Source: an uncultured Gemmataceae bacterium
GTDB lineage: Bacteria > Planctomycetota > Planctomycetia > Gemmatales > Gemmataceae
DNA: 64,000 nucleotides
Direction of reading: 5' to 3'
Assembly (NCBI GenBank): GCA_963750165.1
Contig: CAVVPN010000004.1
Coordinates: forward strand, 160,001-224,000
Part shown: positions 19,294 to 27,423 of the stretch, piece after piece
Layout: every line of letters begins with the position of its first letter
Position numbering within the stretch: position 1 is the stretch's first letter
Position numbers and translations under genes: made by a program
The notes under the pieces: model-generated
Seen by the model: only the letters and a program-made list of their open reading frames with translations
Database searches by the model: none
Told to the model about the DNA's origin: nothing

Positions 19294-21081
19294 TCAGGCT
19301 GAGAACAGTTCCATGCCGTCGATCACCGCACCGGCGATCTGTTGCTTCGTAATCAAGCCGCGGACGCTGTTGCCGAACACCTTGTCCGCACCGTCGGTCA
19401 CCACGGCGACGGCGGCGCCGGTGGCGCGCAGGCGCTTCATGACCTCGAGGAGCGGTGTGTCCGCGCCAACCGTGACGAACCTGCGCTCCGCCAGGTCGGC
19501 CAGCGTGTCTGGTTTCTCCGCCTGCCGCGACGGCCGCAGTACCGCGTCCCGGGTCAGGAAGCCGACGAGCCCGTCCGGCCCCTCGACCAGGAAGCAGGAG
19601 ACCTCTGGCCGCTCGGTCGCGATGCACGCAAAGTCCTCGACGCTGTCATCGGCCGGCACGTTCATGAATCGGGTGTCCATGACATCCCGTGTCTTTTTCA
19701 GAGGGTAGAAGTTCGCCTGGAGGGCGTCGGGGATGTCGTGACCCCGGCGGGCGAGCTTCTCCGTGTAGATGCTTTGGCGGTGGAGCACGGTTCGGACTCC
19801 ATAAGCCAGGGCCACGGTGATGGTCATCGGGATAATCACGGTGTAGTCCAGCGTCATCTCGTAAATCATCACGATGGCGGCCAGGGCCGCCCCGGTGGAC
19901 CCGCCGACCACCCCGGCCATCCCGGCGACGGCAAACGCGGCCGGGTGGATCGGCAGTTCCGGGAAAAGTTGGCGCAGGACCAGCCCGTAGACCCCTCCCA
20001 GCGTGCCCCCCAGGAACAGCGCGGGGGAGAAGACGCCGCCCGAAGCGCCCGAGCCGAGCGTGAGCGAAGTGACCAGCAACTTCAGAGCGAACAGGACCAC
20101 GATCAGTAAGACCCAGGTCATTTCTCCCTTCAGCACGTCCTGCACGGTGGCATAGCCGACCCCCTCGACCTGGTAGTGTCCCGTGCCCAGGAACAGCCCG
20201 TACATGATGACCCCCACCACCAACATGCCCAGCATGTGGCGGGTGTAATAATTCCCCGGAATCCGGTTCTCGAAATAGTCTTCAAAGGCGTAGATGGACC
20301 GGATGTAAACCACGGAGACCAGGCCCGCGAGAACGCCCAGGCCGGGGTAGAGCAGCAGGACAAGCACATCGGTGGGATGAGTGCCGGAGGCCTGGAGAGC
20401 GGGCATCACGAAGGAAGGGTGGTCGCCGAGGGCGATCCGGGCAATGTACGAGGCCGTCACCGTGGCAATGGTCACCGGGACCAGCGTGCGCGCGCTAACT
20501 TCGTGGAGCATGATCTCCACGGCGAAGAGCACGCCGCCGATCGGGGTGTTGAAGGTGGCGGCGATGCCGGCCCCGGCGCCTCCGGCGATCAGCGTGACCC
20601 GCTGCCAGATCGGTACGCGCAAGACCTGGCTGAGTGTGGAGCCGAAGGAGGAACCAATCTGGATAATGGGCCCCTCCCGGCCCACCGACCCGCCGCTGCC
20701 AATCGACAGCGCGGAGGCGAGCGACTTGACCAGCGCCACGACGGGCCGGATCACGCCCTTGTGATAGTAGATCGCGTCCATGACCTCGGGCACGCCATGC
20801 CCCTTGGCCTCCGGGGCGAAGTGGCTGACGAGGAAGACAACGCCGACGGCCCCCAGCACGGGCACCAGGATGACGAACGGTCCCCAGGGGCTCGGCGGCG
20901 TGTGGGCGTTGGCGTCGTACAGCAACGCCCACTGGCCCAGGAAGAGGAGGTTGTGGAACAGGGCGATCAGGCCCCGGAACACCACCGCGCCCAGGGCTCC
21001 CACAACCCCGATCACGACCGACCAGGTGTAAAAGCCGAGCGGGCCGAGTTGCCTGGCCGGTGCCCCCGCCTGCGCGTTCAT
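19294..21081 (-). CDS. ClC chloride channel/transporter with C-terminal CBS pair
   Basis: GHGVPE, GREGP, GGVFSP, SIYT motifs; CBS-like C-terminus. Confidence 0.92.
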   Translation of the reverse strand: MNAQAGAPARQLGPLGFYTWSVVIGVVGALGAVVFRGLIALFHNLLFLGQWALLYDANAHTPPSPWGPFVILVPVLGAVGVVFLVSHFAPEAKGHGVPEVMDAIYYHKGVIRPVVALVKSLASALSIGSGGSVGREGPIIQIGSSFGSTLSQVLRVPIWQRVTLIAGGAGAGIAATFNTPIGGVLFAVEIMLHEVSARTLVPVTIATVTASYIARIALGDHPSFVMPALQASGTHPTDVLVLLLYPGLGVLAGLVSVVYIRSIYAFEDYFENRIPGNYYTRHMLGMLVVGVIMYGLFLGTGHYQVEGVGYATVQDVLKGEMTWVLLIVVLFALKLLVTSLTLGSGASGGVFSPALFLGGTLGGVYGLVLRQLFPELPIHPAAFAVAGMAGVVGGSTGAALAAIVMIYEMTLDYTVIIPMTITVALAYGVRTVLHRQSIYTEKLARRGHDIPDALQANFYPLKKTRDVMDTRFMNVPADDSVEDFACIATERPEVSCFLVEGPDGLVGFLTRDAVLRPSRQAEKPDTLADLAERRFVTVGADTPLLEVMKRLRATGAAVAVVTDGADKVFGNSVRGLITKQQIAGAVIDGMELFSA

Positions 21082-21161
21082 CAGTCGCCTCCGGTCTTCG
21101 CGCTCCGGTCACTTCCACCCCAGCAAGGGCAGCAGGACAACGCTGACGGCCACGGCTTGTG

Positions 21162-21560
21162 TCACGACGAGCGCGGCACCGACCCCTGAGTGGCCGGCAG
21201 GTCAGCGTGAATCCAGGCCTCGGCCTGCTCGGCCTTGGTGTGATCGAAGTAGCGAACCGTGGCGGTGGTGAAGGGCTTGCAGAACGTCGCCATGCCGCGT
21301 TCCCAGGCCGTCTCACCGACCAGCGCCAGCCGTTCGATGTCCTGGAAGTGTTTCAGGTCGAACTTGATGTCCTCCCAGAGCGCGCCGGCCGTCCAGCCGT
21401 GGAAATCGTGCAGCTGAACCAGCATCCGCACCTTGCCGTGCTGCTTGATCAGGCGCTCGACTGCGGGGGTGACATGCTCGTAGTCCTCCTTGGTGAGTTT
21501 GCCCGTGAGCTTGATCGCCACGATCTTCCCACCAGCGTCCTCGTGCAGCTCGACTGACAT
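21162..21560 (-). CDS. STAS/SEC14 (SpoIIAA-like) domain protein
   Basis: GKLTKEDY, FHGWTAGALWEDIKFD, ERLALVGE, VRYFD...AEAW. Confidence 0.85.
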   Translation of the reverse strand: MSVELHEDAGGKIVAIKLTGKLTKEDYEHVTPAVERLIKQHGKVRMLVQLHDFHGWTAGALWEDIKFDLKHFQDIERLALVGETAWERGMATFCKPFTTATVRYFDHTKAEQAEAWIHADLPATQGSVPRSS

Positions 21561-21660
21561 GGCCCGACTCCTCTCCTGGTTGAAAAATCCTTCTGCCGCC
21601 GGTCTTCCTCCGGACGACGCCTGCTTACTGCTTCAGAGTCAAGTGTACTGGGCGGGCCCA

Positions 21661-22125
21661 TCAGCTGCCTGCCAACTTTTTTGCATAGTAGTCCTTATCG
21701 ACTTCCAGATCGACCTTGCGCTGCTCCAGATCTTCCAGGAGGAAGCGGTACAGGTCCAGATTGGCAGCGCTGCCATTCCCGGTTGGCGCACGGAGCTTTT
21801 CTTTCTCGAACGCAGCCAGCAGCGTTTTTTGCCGCTGGCCCAGTCGATAGAGCTGGCCATCGATCCGCGCGAGCCGCTGCTGCAACACCTCCCGTCGCTC
21901 TTGCGGAGTCAGGGCAGGACCAAACGGGATGTTGCTCTCCACCTCAAGCTTTTCCCGCGGCTGTGGCGAAGAGGCCACGGGGGAGATGACACCCAGCAAC
22001 GTGAGTACCCCGAGGGTGCCCACGCCCAGACTGAGCAGACAAAGGACGGCGATGAGTGTGAACAAGATCGAGCGCCGCGCCTCCGCCTGGGGAGGAACCA
22101 TTGGCTTGTGAGAGAGCGTATCCAT
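21661..22125 (-). CDS. Hypothetical membrane-anchored coiled-coil protein
   Basis: N-terminal TM helix followed by heptad-like charged segments; same strand as flanking genes. Confidence 0.55.
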   Translation of the reverse strand: MDTLSHKPMVPPQAEARRSILFTLIAVLCLLSLGVGTLGVLTLLGVISPVASSPQPREKLEVESNIPFGPALTPQERREVLQQRLARIDGQLYRLGQRQKTLLAAFEKEKLRAPTGNGSAANLDLYRFLLEDLEQRKVDLEVDKDYYAKKLAGS

Positions 22126-22176
22126 GACGAATCCCCCCGTGGAAGAAACATCCAGAGCCGCTGTTATTCACGGTCA

Positions 22177-22212
22177 GGTTGCTGCTGACCGATAAATCGG
22201 TCAGCAGCAACC
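22177..22212. repeat. Perfect 17-bp inverted repeat
   Basis: GGTTGCTGCTGACCGAT-AA-ATCGGTCAGCAGCAACC downstream of the site-2 protease. Confidence 0.75.
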
Positions 22213-22236
22213 CGACCCTATACTGGAACGATGCGG

Positions 22237-23457
22237 TCAGCGCTGGCCCACCGTCTCGCGCCGGTGCGCCGCCTGCGCCAGTCGTTCCGGTCTGGGGGCG
22301 CCGGGCTCCGCGTCCTCCAGTTCGAGCTTCAGATTGAGGAATTGCAGCAGATCCTTGAGACTGACGATGCCGACCAGGTGATCGCCCTCGGTCACCATCA
22401 GGCGACTGACGCCGCCGCGCTGCATCTTGCTCAAGGCTTCCAGGGCGTCGGCGTCTGCCGGAATGGTCAGCGCCGGCAGATCATTCATCATCACCTCGCC
22501 GACGGTGTGCTCGGCCCACTCGCCGCGCGGAATCTGATTCAGCACCTGGGTGGTGACCAGGCCCTCCGGCTGGCCATTCGACGCCACGGGGAACGCGCGG
22601 TGGTGGTAACGGTACACGTAGTCATCAACCCAGTGCAGCAGGTCGAGCGTCGGCGCGACGATAACGGGGCTGGGGTTCATGAAGCGCCGCACCGGTTCGC
22701 CCTGGAGCGCCTGCCGGATGAGCACTTGCTGGTAACCGCTCCGGGCCGCGCTGTTCAAAAAAAGCCCGATCAGGACGCACCAGATCCCGCCCCAGTAATC
22801 GTGGGAGAAGAACTGCACGACGCCCCAGGCGATCAGCAGCCAGGCAAAGGCCTCACCGGCGAAGGAGGCCCAGCGCGTCGCCCGCCGCACGTTGCCGGTG
22901 GCGGCCCACAGGATCGAACGCAGGACACGACCGCCGTCGAGCGGGAAGGCGGGAACCAGGTTGAAGACCAGCACGATGGCGTTGATCGTGGCCAGGTAGC
23001 CGAGCACAACCACGACCGGATGCGGCCACCCGCCCTGATAGCCCACCACGGCCAGAACCCAGAAAATGACGGCCAGGACCGCACTGACGAGCGGGCCCGC
23101 CACGGCCATGAGGAACTCGGTCGCGGCGGACTGTGGCTCGTCGCCGAGTTCGGAAACCCCGCCGAACAGGAACAGGGTGATACCGTTGATCGGCATCCCG
23201 CGCGACCGCGCCACCAGGGCGTGGCCGAACTCGTGCAGCACAATGCACGCGAAGAAGGCCAGCGCCGTGATCAGGCCCATGAGCCAGTAGTCGGCCGCCG
23301 CCAGCCGGGTCGTGTCCCCCGGAAAGTAATCGTGCAGGACAACGGGAAAACCCTCGGCAAAGCTCAGCGTGAGCAGAGCCAGAATGATCAGCCAGCTCAC
23401 GTCCACGCTGACCGGAATCCCCAGCAGGCGAAACAACCGCCAGCGCATACCAAACAT
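22237..23457 (-). CDS. Site-2 protease (M50) with CBS domains
   Basis: HEFGH, LFLFGGV, AVAGP, FNLVPAFPLDGGR, C-terminal CBS pair. Confidence 0.93.
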   Translation of the reverse strand: MFGMRWRLFRLLGIPVSVDVSWLIILALLTLSFAEGFPVVLHDYFPGDTTRLAAADYWLMGLITALAFFACIVLHEFGHALVARSRGMPINGITLFLFGGVSELGDEPQSAATEFLMAVAGPLVSAVLAVIFWVLAVVGYQGGWPHPVVVVLGYLATINAIVLVFNLVPAFPLDGGRVLRSILWAATGNVRRATRWASFAGEAFAWLLIAWGVVQFFSHDYWGGIWCVLIGLFLNSAARSGYQQVLIRQALQGEPVRRFMNPSPVIVAPTLDLLHWVDDYVYRYHHRAFPVASNGQPEGLVTTQVLNQIPRGEWAEHTVGEVMMNDLPALTIPADADALEALSKMQRGGVSRLMVTEGDHLVGIVSLKDLLQFLNLKLELEDAEPGAPRPERLAQAAHRRETVGQR

Positions 23458-23505
23458 GATGCTCCTCCAATCGTGACACAGGATTCTTCGGCGCCCCGGT
23501 AGCCC

Positions 23506-23946
23506 TCAGGCAGTTTTCTCCGGGAACGGCGCTTTCACGACCAGCACGGGGCAGGCCGCCTTGCGCACGACCTGCTCGGCGACGCTCCCTATCAGCAGGT
23601 GCGCCAGCCACGAGCGGCCGTGCATGCCCATCACAATCAGGTCGCACTTGACTTCCTCGGCGACACGAAGAATCTCGGCGACCGGGTCTCCGACTTCCAG
23701 GCGATACCTCACGGGAACTTTGGGGTCTGGTGCTTGCACCTGGCGTAACTGTCGTTCGAGCGCGGCCCGGTCGCCGCCGGGGGGCGGCACCAGGTTCCCG
23801 CCGGGACCGAGCGCCGGCGGCACCTCGACGTGCAACACGAGCAACCGGGCGCCGTGGTCCCGCGCCAACGAACAGGCCAGGTGAAACGCATGCTCAGCAA
23901 GAGGCGAGTAATCCGTGGGGTGAAGAATGGTGCCGATTCGGAGCAT
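23506..23946 (-). CDS. Universal stress protein
   Basis: ILHPTDYS, DLIVMGMHGR, IGSVAEQVVRKAACPVLVVK. Confidence 0.93.
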   Translation of the reverse strand: MLRIGTILHPTDYSPLAEHAFHLACSLARDHGARLLVLHVEVPPALGPGGNLVPPPGGDRAALERQLRQVQAPDPKVPVRYRLEVGDPVAEILRVAEEVKCDLIVMGMHGRSWLAHLLIGSVAEQVVRKAACPVLVVKAPFPEKTA

Positions 23947-23995
23947 CGCAAGCGGCCTCCCCGGGCGGCTACGCACTGGCTATTAAATGGTTGGT

Positions 23996-24011
23996 AGCAA
24001 GTGGCGTGCCA
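23996..24011 (-). promoter_or_regulatory. Sigma54 (RpoN) -24/-12 promoter for the USP cluster
   Basis: Minus strand TGGCAC-GCCAC-TTGCT matches TGGCAC-N5-TTGCW exactly, 50 bp upstream of the USP start. Confidence 0.75.
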
Positions 24012-24086
24012 TTTGCCCGGGCAAATTACGGCTGTCGTGCCTTCGTCGTCTTCCTGGAGCGGTTCACGAAGGGCAGGCGCACATGA

Positions 24087-24146
24087 CGTGGCACGGCTCT
24101 CCAGAGCCGTGCGGTTTCCACCACGGCTCTGGAGAGCCGTGCCACG
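24087..24146. repeat. GTGG-type REP doublet palindrome
   Basis: CGTGGCACGGCTCTCCAGAGCCGTG...CACGGCTCTGGAGAGCCGTGCCACG; related to 1640..1669. Confidence 0.85.
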
Positions 24147-24289
24147 GTTTGTGGTCCACGCGCTGGCGAACCGCGCTAAGGGCTACTGGAGTAGAGGAAA
24201 TGCCCAGGAAAAACCTGGGATTGTCCGAGAATCTGTCGCCATCGTCCGGCAGCACGCCACGGCGAAGCGGTGCCGTTTGCGCGGCCTCC

Positions 24290-25072
24290 TCACGGCATCT
24301 CGCCGGGCAACTCCGGCGGCCGCGTCGCGCGGAACTCGAACGGGTCCGGCAGCACGAAGCGTGCGAACGGCTCCGGCGTCGCCCGCACCGGCACCGGCTC
24401 CGCCAGCACCGCCGCCCGGCTCACCTCGCCGGTCACGTCCGTCAGCGGTGCCCGCTCCGGCTGGAACTTCGCCAGCGGCGGCAGTTCCACCGGCGCCTCG
24501 ACGTTGACCGATGGCAGCCGCACCAATGGTTTGGCCGGCAGCGGCTGTTGCTCCGGCGTCGTCGTGTCCGTGGGCTGGCGCGACAGCGGCGCCTCCGCCG
24601 GCAGTGACCGCGGCAGCAGCGCCACCTGCGGCAGCTCGGCCGGCAGCCGGGGCCGGTCGCCGCGGACGGCCGCGGCTGTCGCCAGCGGGTTTTCGAGGAA
24701 CGCGGGGGCGGCCAGTGGCTTCCGCGGCTGTTTCTCCAGCGTCCAGGGCGTCGGCGGCGCGTCCGGCTGCAGAAACTCCGCGACCGCATCGCTGGCGGCC
24801 GGCTGCTGGACGGGTGCCTTCGCGGGCGCCGGCGCGGCCTTCACTGTGGCGGCGAACAGGTCGCTGCGCGACGGCACCTTGCAGCAGTCTGGCACTTCCT
24901 GGGTCTTTTCTGAAAATTTGATCGACAGGCCCGGTCTGAGGGCGAGCACCTTCGGTTTCTCCGCCTTCGACTGGTCCTCGACGGGCGGGACCACCTCCGT
25001 CGCCTGCCGCGAACAGCCGGCGGCCAGCGCCAGCGCCGCGGCCAGGAAGACCCCGCGAGAAAGCGCGTTCAT
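24290..25072 (-). CDS. Pro-rich putative lipoprotein
   Basis: Lipobox LAAGC; Pro/Ala-rich; last gene of the minus-strand operon. Confidence 0.7.
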   Translation of the reverse strand: MNALSRGVFLAAALALAAGCSRQATEVVPPVEDQSKAEKPKVLALRPGLSIKFSEKTQEVPDCCKVPSRSDLFAATVKAAPAPAKAPVQQPAASDAVAEFLQPDAPPTPWTLEKQPRKPLAAPAFLENPLATAAAVRGDRPRLPAELPQVALLPRSLPAEAPLSRQPTDTTTPEQQPLPAKPLVRLPSVNVEAPVELPPLAKFQPERAPLTDVTGEVSRAAVLAEPVPVRATPEPFARFVLPDPFEFRATRPPELPGEMP

Positions 25073-25087
25073 CGACAATCTCCAGTC

Positions 25088-25144
25088 CGTAGTGCAGGCG
25101 TCCCGCCTGCGGGGCGGAATAGCAGGCGGGACGCCTGCACCACG
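25088..25144. repeat. GTAG-type REP doublet palindrome
   Basis: GTAGTGCAGGCGTCCCGCCTGC...GCAGGCGGGACGCCTGCACCAC. Confidence 0.85.
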
Positions 25145-25146
25145 AA

Positions 25147-25833
25147 TTACTTCGCCACCTCAATGACCAGTTTGACTGGCGTGCCGGGCTTCGGCAACAC
25201 CTTCGTGTTGGTATCCAGTTTCAAGAACTTCTCGTATTGCAGCGTCAGACTGGTTTGGAAGACGCACTGGTTGGTGACCGGGAAGATGGTGATGAGCGTG
25301 CCGGACAGGTCGGCACCATACATCTTGTCATCCTTCTCCGGGTCGGGTTGCGTCAGCACGGAGCCGGTGAAGCGCCATTTGAATTTGGCCACGGGCTTGC
25401 CGTTCTTTTTATCCACCAGTGTCTTTTCAATGGACACGCGCCTGGTGCCACCGTCCGCCGTGGGCAGGTCCAGGTAGATGTTGCACTCCGGCCCCTGTGG
25501 TTCCTCCTTGGTGTCGCCCATGCGCGGCGTACCGGGCTTGAGGCCGAGTTGCATCAGGGCCTTGTGGACATCGCTCGGCTTGGCCTCAATGGTGACGACG
25601 GTTTCATGGGCCTTCTTGCCCCTGGGGTGCGGCCAGCAGGCGATGACCTCAATGGGATAGATTTCGCCCTTGAGGTGTTCCAGTTTGCGCGGCGCCACCC
25701 TGGCGTCGATGGTGACGGTGCGCTTGGCCTTGTCCACAACGACGCCGGACTTGCCGGCCCCGCCCTGCCCCGACAGCACCGGCGTCAGCGCCAGCAGCGC
25801 AACCAGCAGCCCTGCCATGCGAATCCGTGTCAT
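25147..25833 (-). CDS. Exported YdjY-like domain protein
   Basis: Signal peptide; KAHETVV..KPSDVHKALMQLGLKPG, WRFTGS and NTKVLPKPGTPVKLVIE resemble YdjY-family motifs (recalled, not searched). Confidence 0.65.
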   Translation of the reverse strand: MTRIRMAGLLVALLALTPVLSGQGGAGKSGVVVDKAKRTVTIDARVAPRKLEHLKGEIYPIEVIACWPHPRGKKAHETVVTIEAKPSDVHKALMQLGLKPGTPRMGDTKEEPQGPECNIYLDLPTADGGTRRVSIEKTLVDKKNGKPVAKFKWRFTGSVLTQPDPEKDDKMYGADLSGTLITIFPVTNQCVFQTSLTLQYEKFLKLDTNTKVLPKPGTPVKLVIEVAK

Positions 25834-25857
25834 GAGATGGCCTCCTTCGCTTTTTTT

Positions 25858-25873
25858 CTGCCGCAAGCGGCAG
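25858..25873. repeat. Short palindrome CTGCCGCAAGCGGCAG (also at 29937 and 43619)
   Basis: Three intergenic copies read directly. Confidence 0.75.
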
Positions 25874-25882
25874 AATTCAGAT

Positions 25883-27289
25883 TTATTCCCCAATACACAC
25901 CGCCGCGGTCGGCTGGCCGGCGTGCAGGCCTTCCAGGTTGCAGGTGGCGACGTACACCTTGCCCTGATGCACCGCCGGGCCGCCGTAGATCATGCCCGGC
26001 GCTTGCACGTCCGGGTGCTTGCCCAGGTCCAGCGTCCAGCGGCCGCCACCGGTCGCCAGTTCGATGGCATGCACCACGCCCTTCAGGTCGCCAACGTACA
26101 CCGTCCCGGCCGCGATGGCCGGCGGCGCGAAGCAGTTCGACTTCGTGTCATACGTCCAGCGCGAGCCGCCGTCCGCCAGGTCGTAGGCCCGCACCTTGCC
26201 GTCGGTCGCGGTGACGACCGCCAGGCCGTCCGCCAGCGCCGCGCACGACAGCACGCCCGCCTTGAGTTCCTTGCGCCACTTCACGGTGCCGTCCGCCAGG
26301 TGCAGCGCCACGACCTCGCCCTTCGCTCCTTTGAGTGTTTTGGTGTCATAGTTGACGCTGCTGCCGGCGACCACGACCACGTTGCCAAGCACCGCGGCGC
26401 CGCCCCAGGGATTGTACTTCAGCGGCGCCTTCCATTTCGTGGTGCCGTCCTTCGCGTCGAGGCAGTACAGCGCCCGGTCGCCGACTTTTTCCAGGTCCAG
26501 GAACGCCGTCGCCGCCAGCACGCGGTCGCCCACCACCAGCACGGGCGCATCGACGTGCCACTTTTCCTGGCCGACCTGCCACAAGCGCTTCGGCAGTGCC
26601 TTCGGCAGCTGGTCCTCGGTGGGTGGCACCGCGACCTCGTCGGTCTTGCGGTCCTTCTCATACTTGGCGAGCAGCTGCTTCCAGCGCTCGCTCTGGATTT
26701 TACGCACCTCCGCGGGCGTGCGCTCCTTGCCCTCCAGCGTGATGCGCTCCAGGTCAATGCACAGCACGCCCGCGGCGCCGCCGCCAATGTAGACGCGGCC
26801 CCGGTCGATGGTCGGCGAGCCCTCCAGATGGACGAGCTTGCCCGGCACGGGCAACTGCCACTGCGGCAGGCCATCGCTGACGTTGAGGCAGTGAAGCTGG
26901 GCGCCGTTGGTCTGGTGCATGCCGTCGCCAAAGATGAGGCGGTCGCCGACCAGGCCGGGCGAGCTGACGGTCGGCCGGTTCAGGTACGGCGTGGTCTTCG
27001 ACCACAGGACGCGCTTGTCGGCCTTCGGAGCAGTGCTCAGGCAGGCGAAATAGGCGACGTTGAAGGCGCCGAGTCCGGAGACGAAAAGTCGGTCGCTGGC
27101 GGGCACGGGCGCGGCGATAAAGTGCTCCTTCGTCTTGAGCGCCCACAGCACGCGCGGCGTCTTGGGGCCGGCGACGTTATCGGTGTTGCCGGTGCGCTGG
27201 CTGTTGCCGCGATAGGTAGCCCACGGCTCGACGGCCGCGGCGGGCAGCACGAAGGCGAGCACGGCCAGCGCGGGGAGAAGCTTGCTCAT
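25883..27289 (-). CDS. Exported PQQ-like/BamB-type beta-propeller repeat protein
   Basis: Signal peptide; WATYRGNSQRTG; repeated LYCLDAKDGTTKW, ALHLADGTVKW, AYDLADGGSRW and AIELATGGGRW. Confidence 0.85.
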   Translation of the reverse strand: MSKLLPALAVLAFVLPAAAVEPWATYRGNSQRTGNTDNVAGPKTPRVLWALKTKEHFIAAPVPASDRLFVSGLGAFNVAYFACLSTAPKADKRVLWSKTTPYLNRPTVSSPGLVGDRLIFGDGMHQTNGAQLHCLNVSDGLPQWQLPVPGKLVHLEGSPTIDRGRVYIGGGAAGVLCIDLERITLEGKERTPAEVRKIQSERWKQLLAKYEKDRKTDEVAVPPTEDQLPKALPKRLWQVGQEKWHVDAPVLVVGDRVLAATAFLDLEKVGDRALYCLDAKDGTTKWKAPLKYNPWGGAAVLGNVVVVAGSSVNYDTKTLKGAKGEVVALHLADGTVKWRKELKAGVLSCAALADGLAVVTATDGKVRAYDLADGGSRWTYDTKSNCFAPPAIAAGTVYVGDLKGVVHAIELATGGGRWTLDLGKHPDVQAPGMIYGGPAVHQGKVYVATCNLEGLHAGQPTAAVCIGE

Positions 27290-27316
27290 CACTGCGGATT
27301 CCTTGGTCAAGGGGTA

Positions 27317-27416
27317 TCACCACAAAGACACAAAGAACCACAAAGGAAATGCAAAGCGTATTGAACAAATTTCTCTCTTTGTATTTCCTTTGTGGTTCTT
27401 TGTGTCTTTGTGGTGA
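27317..27416. repeat. AT-rich 40-bp-stem palindrome built of CACAAAG units
   Basis: TCACCACAAAGACACAAAGAACCACAAAGGAAATGCAAAG plus its inverted copy (1 mismatch). Confidence 0.85.
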
Positions 27417-27423
27417 ATCCAAT

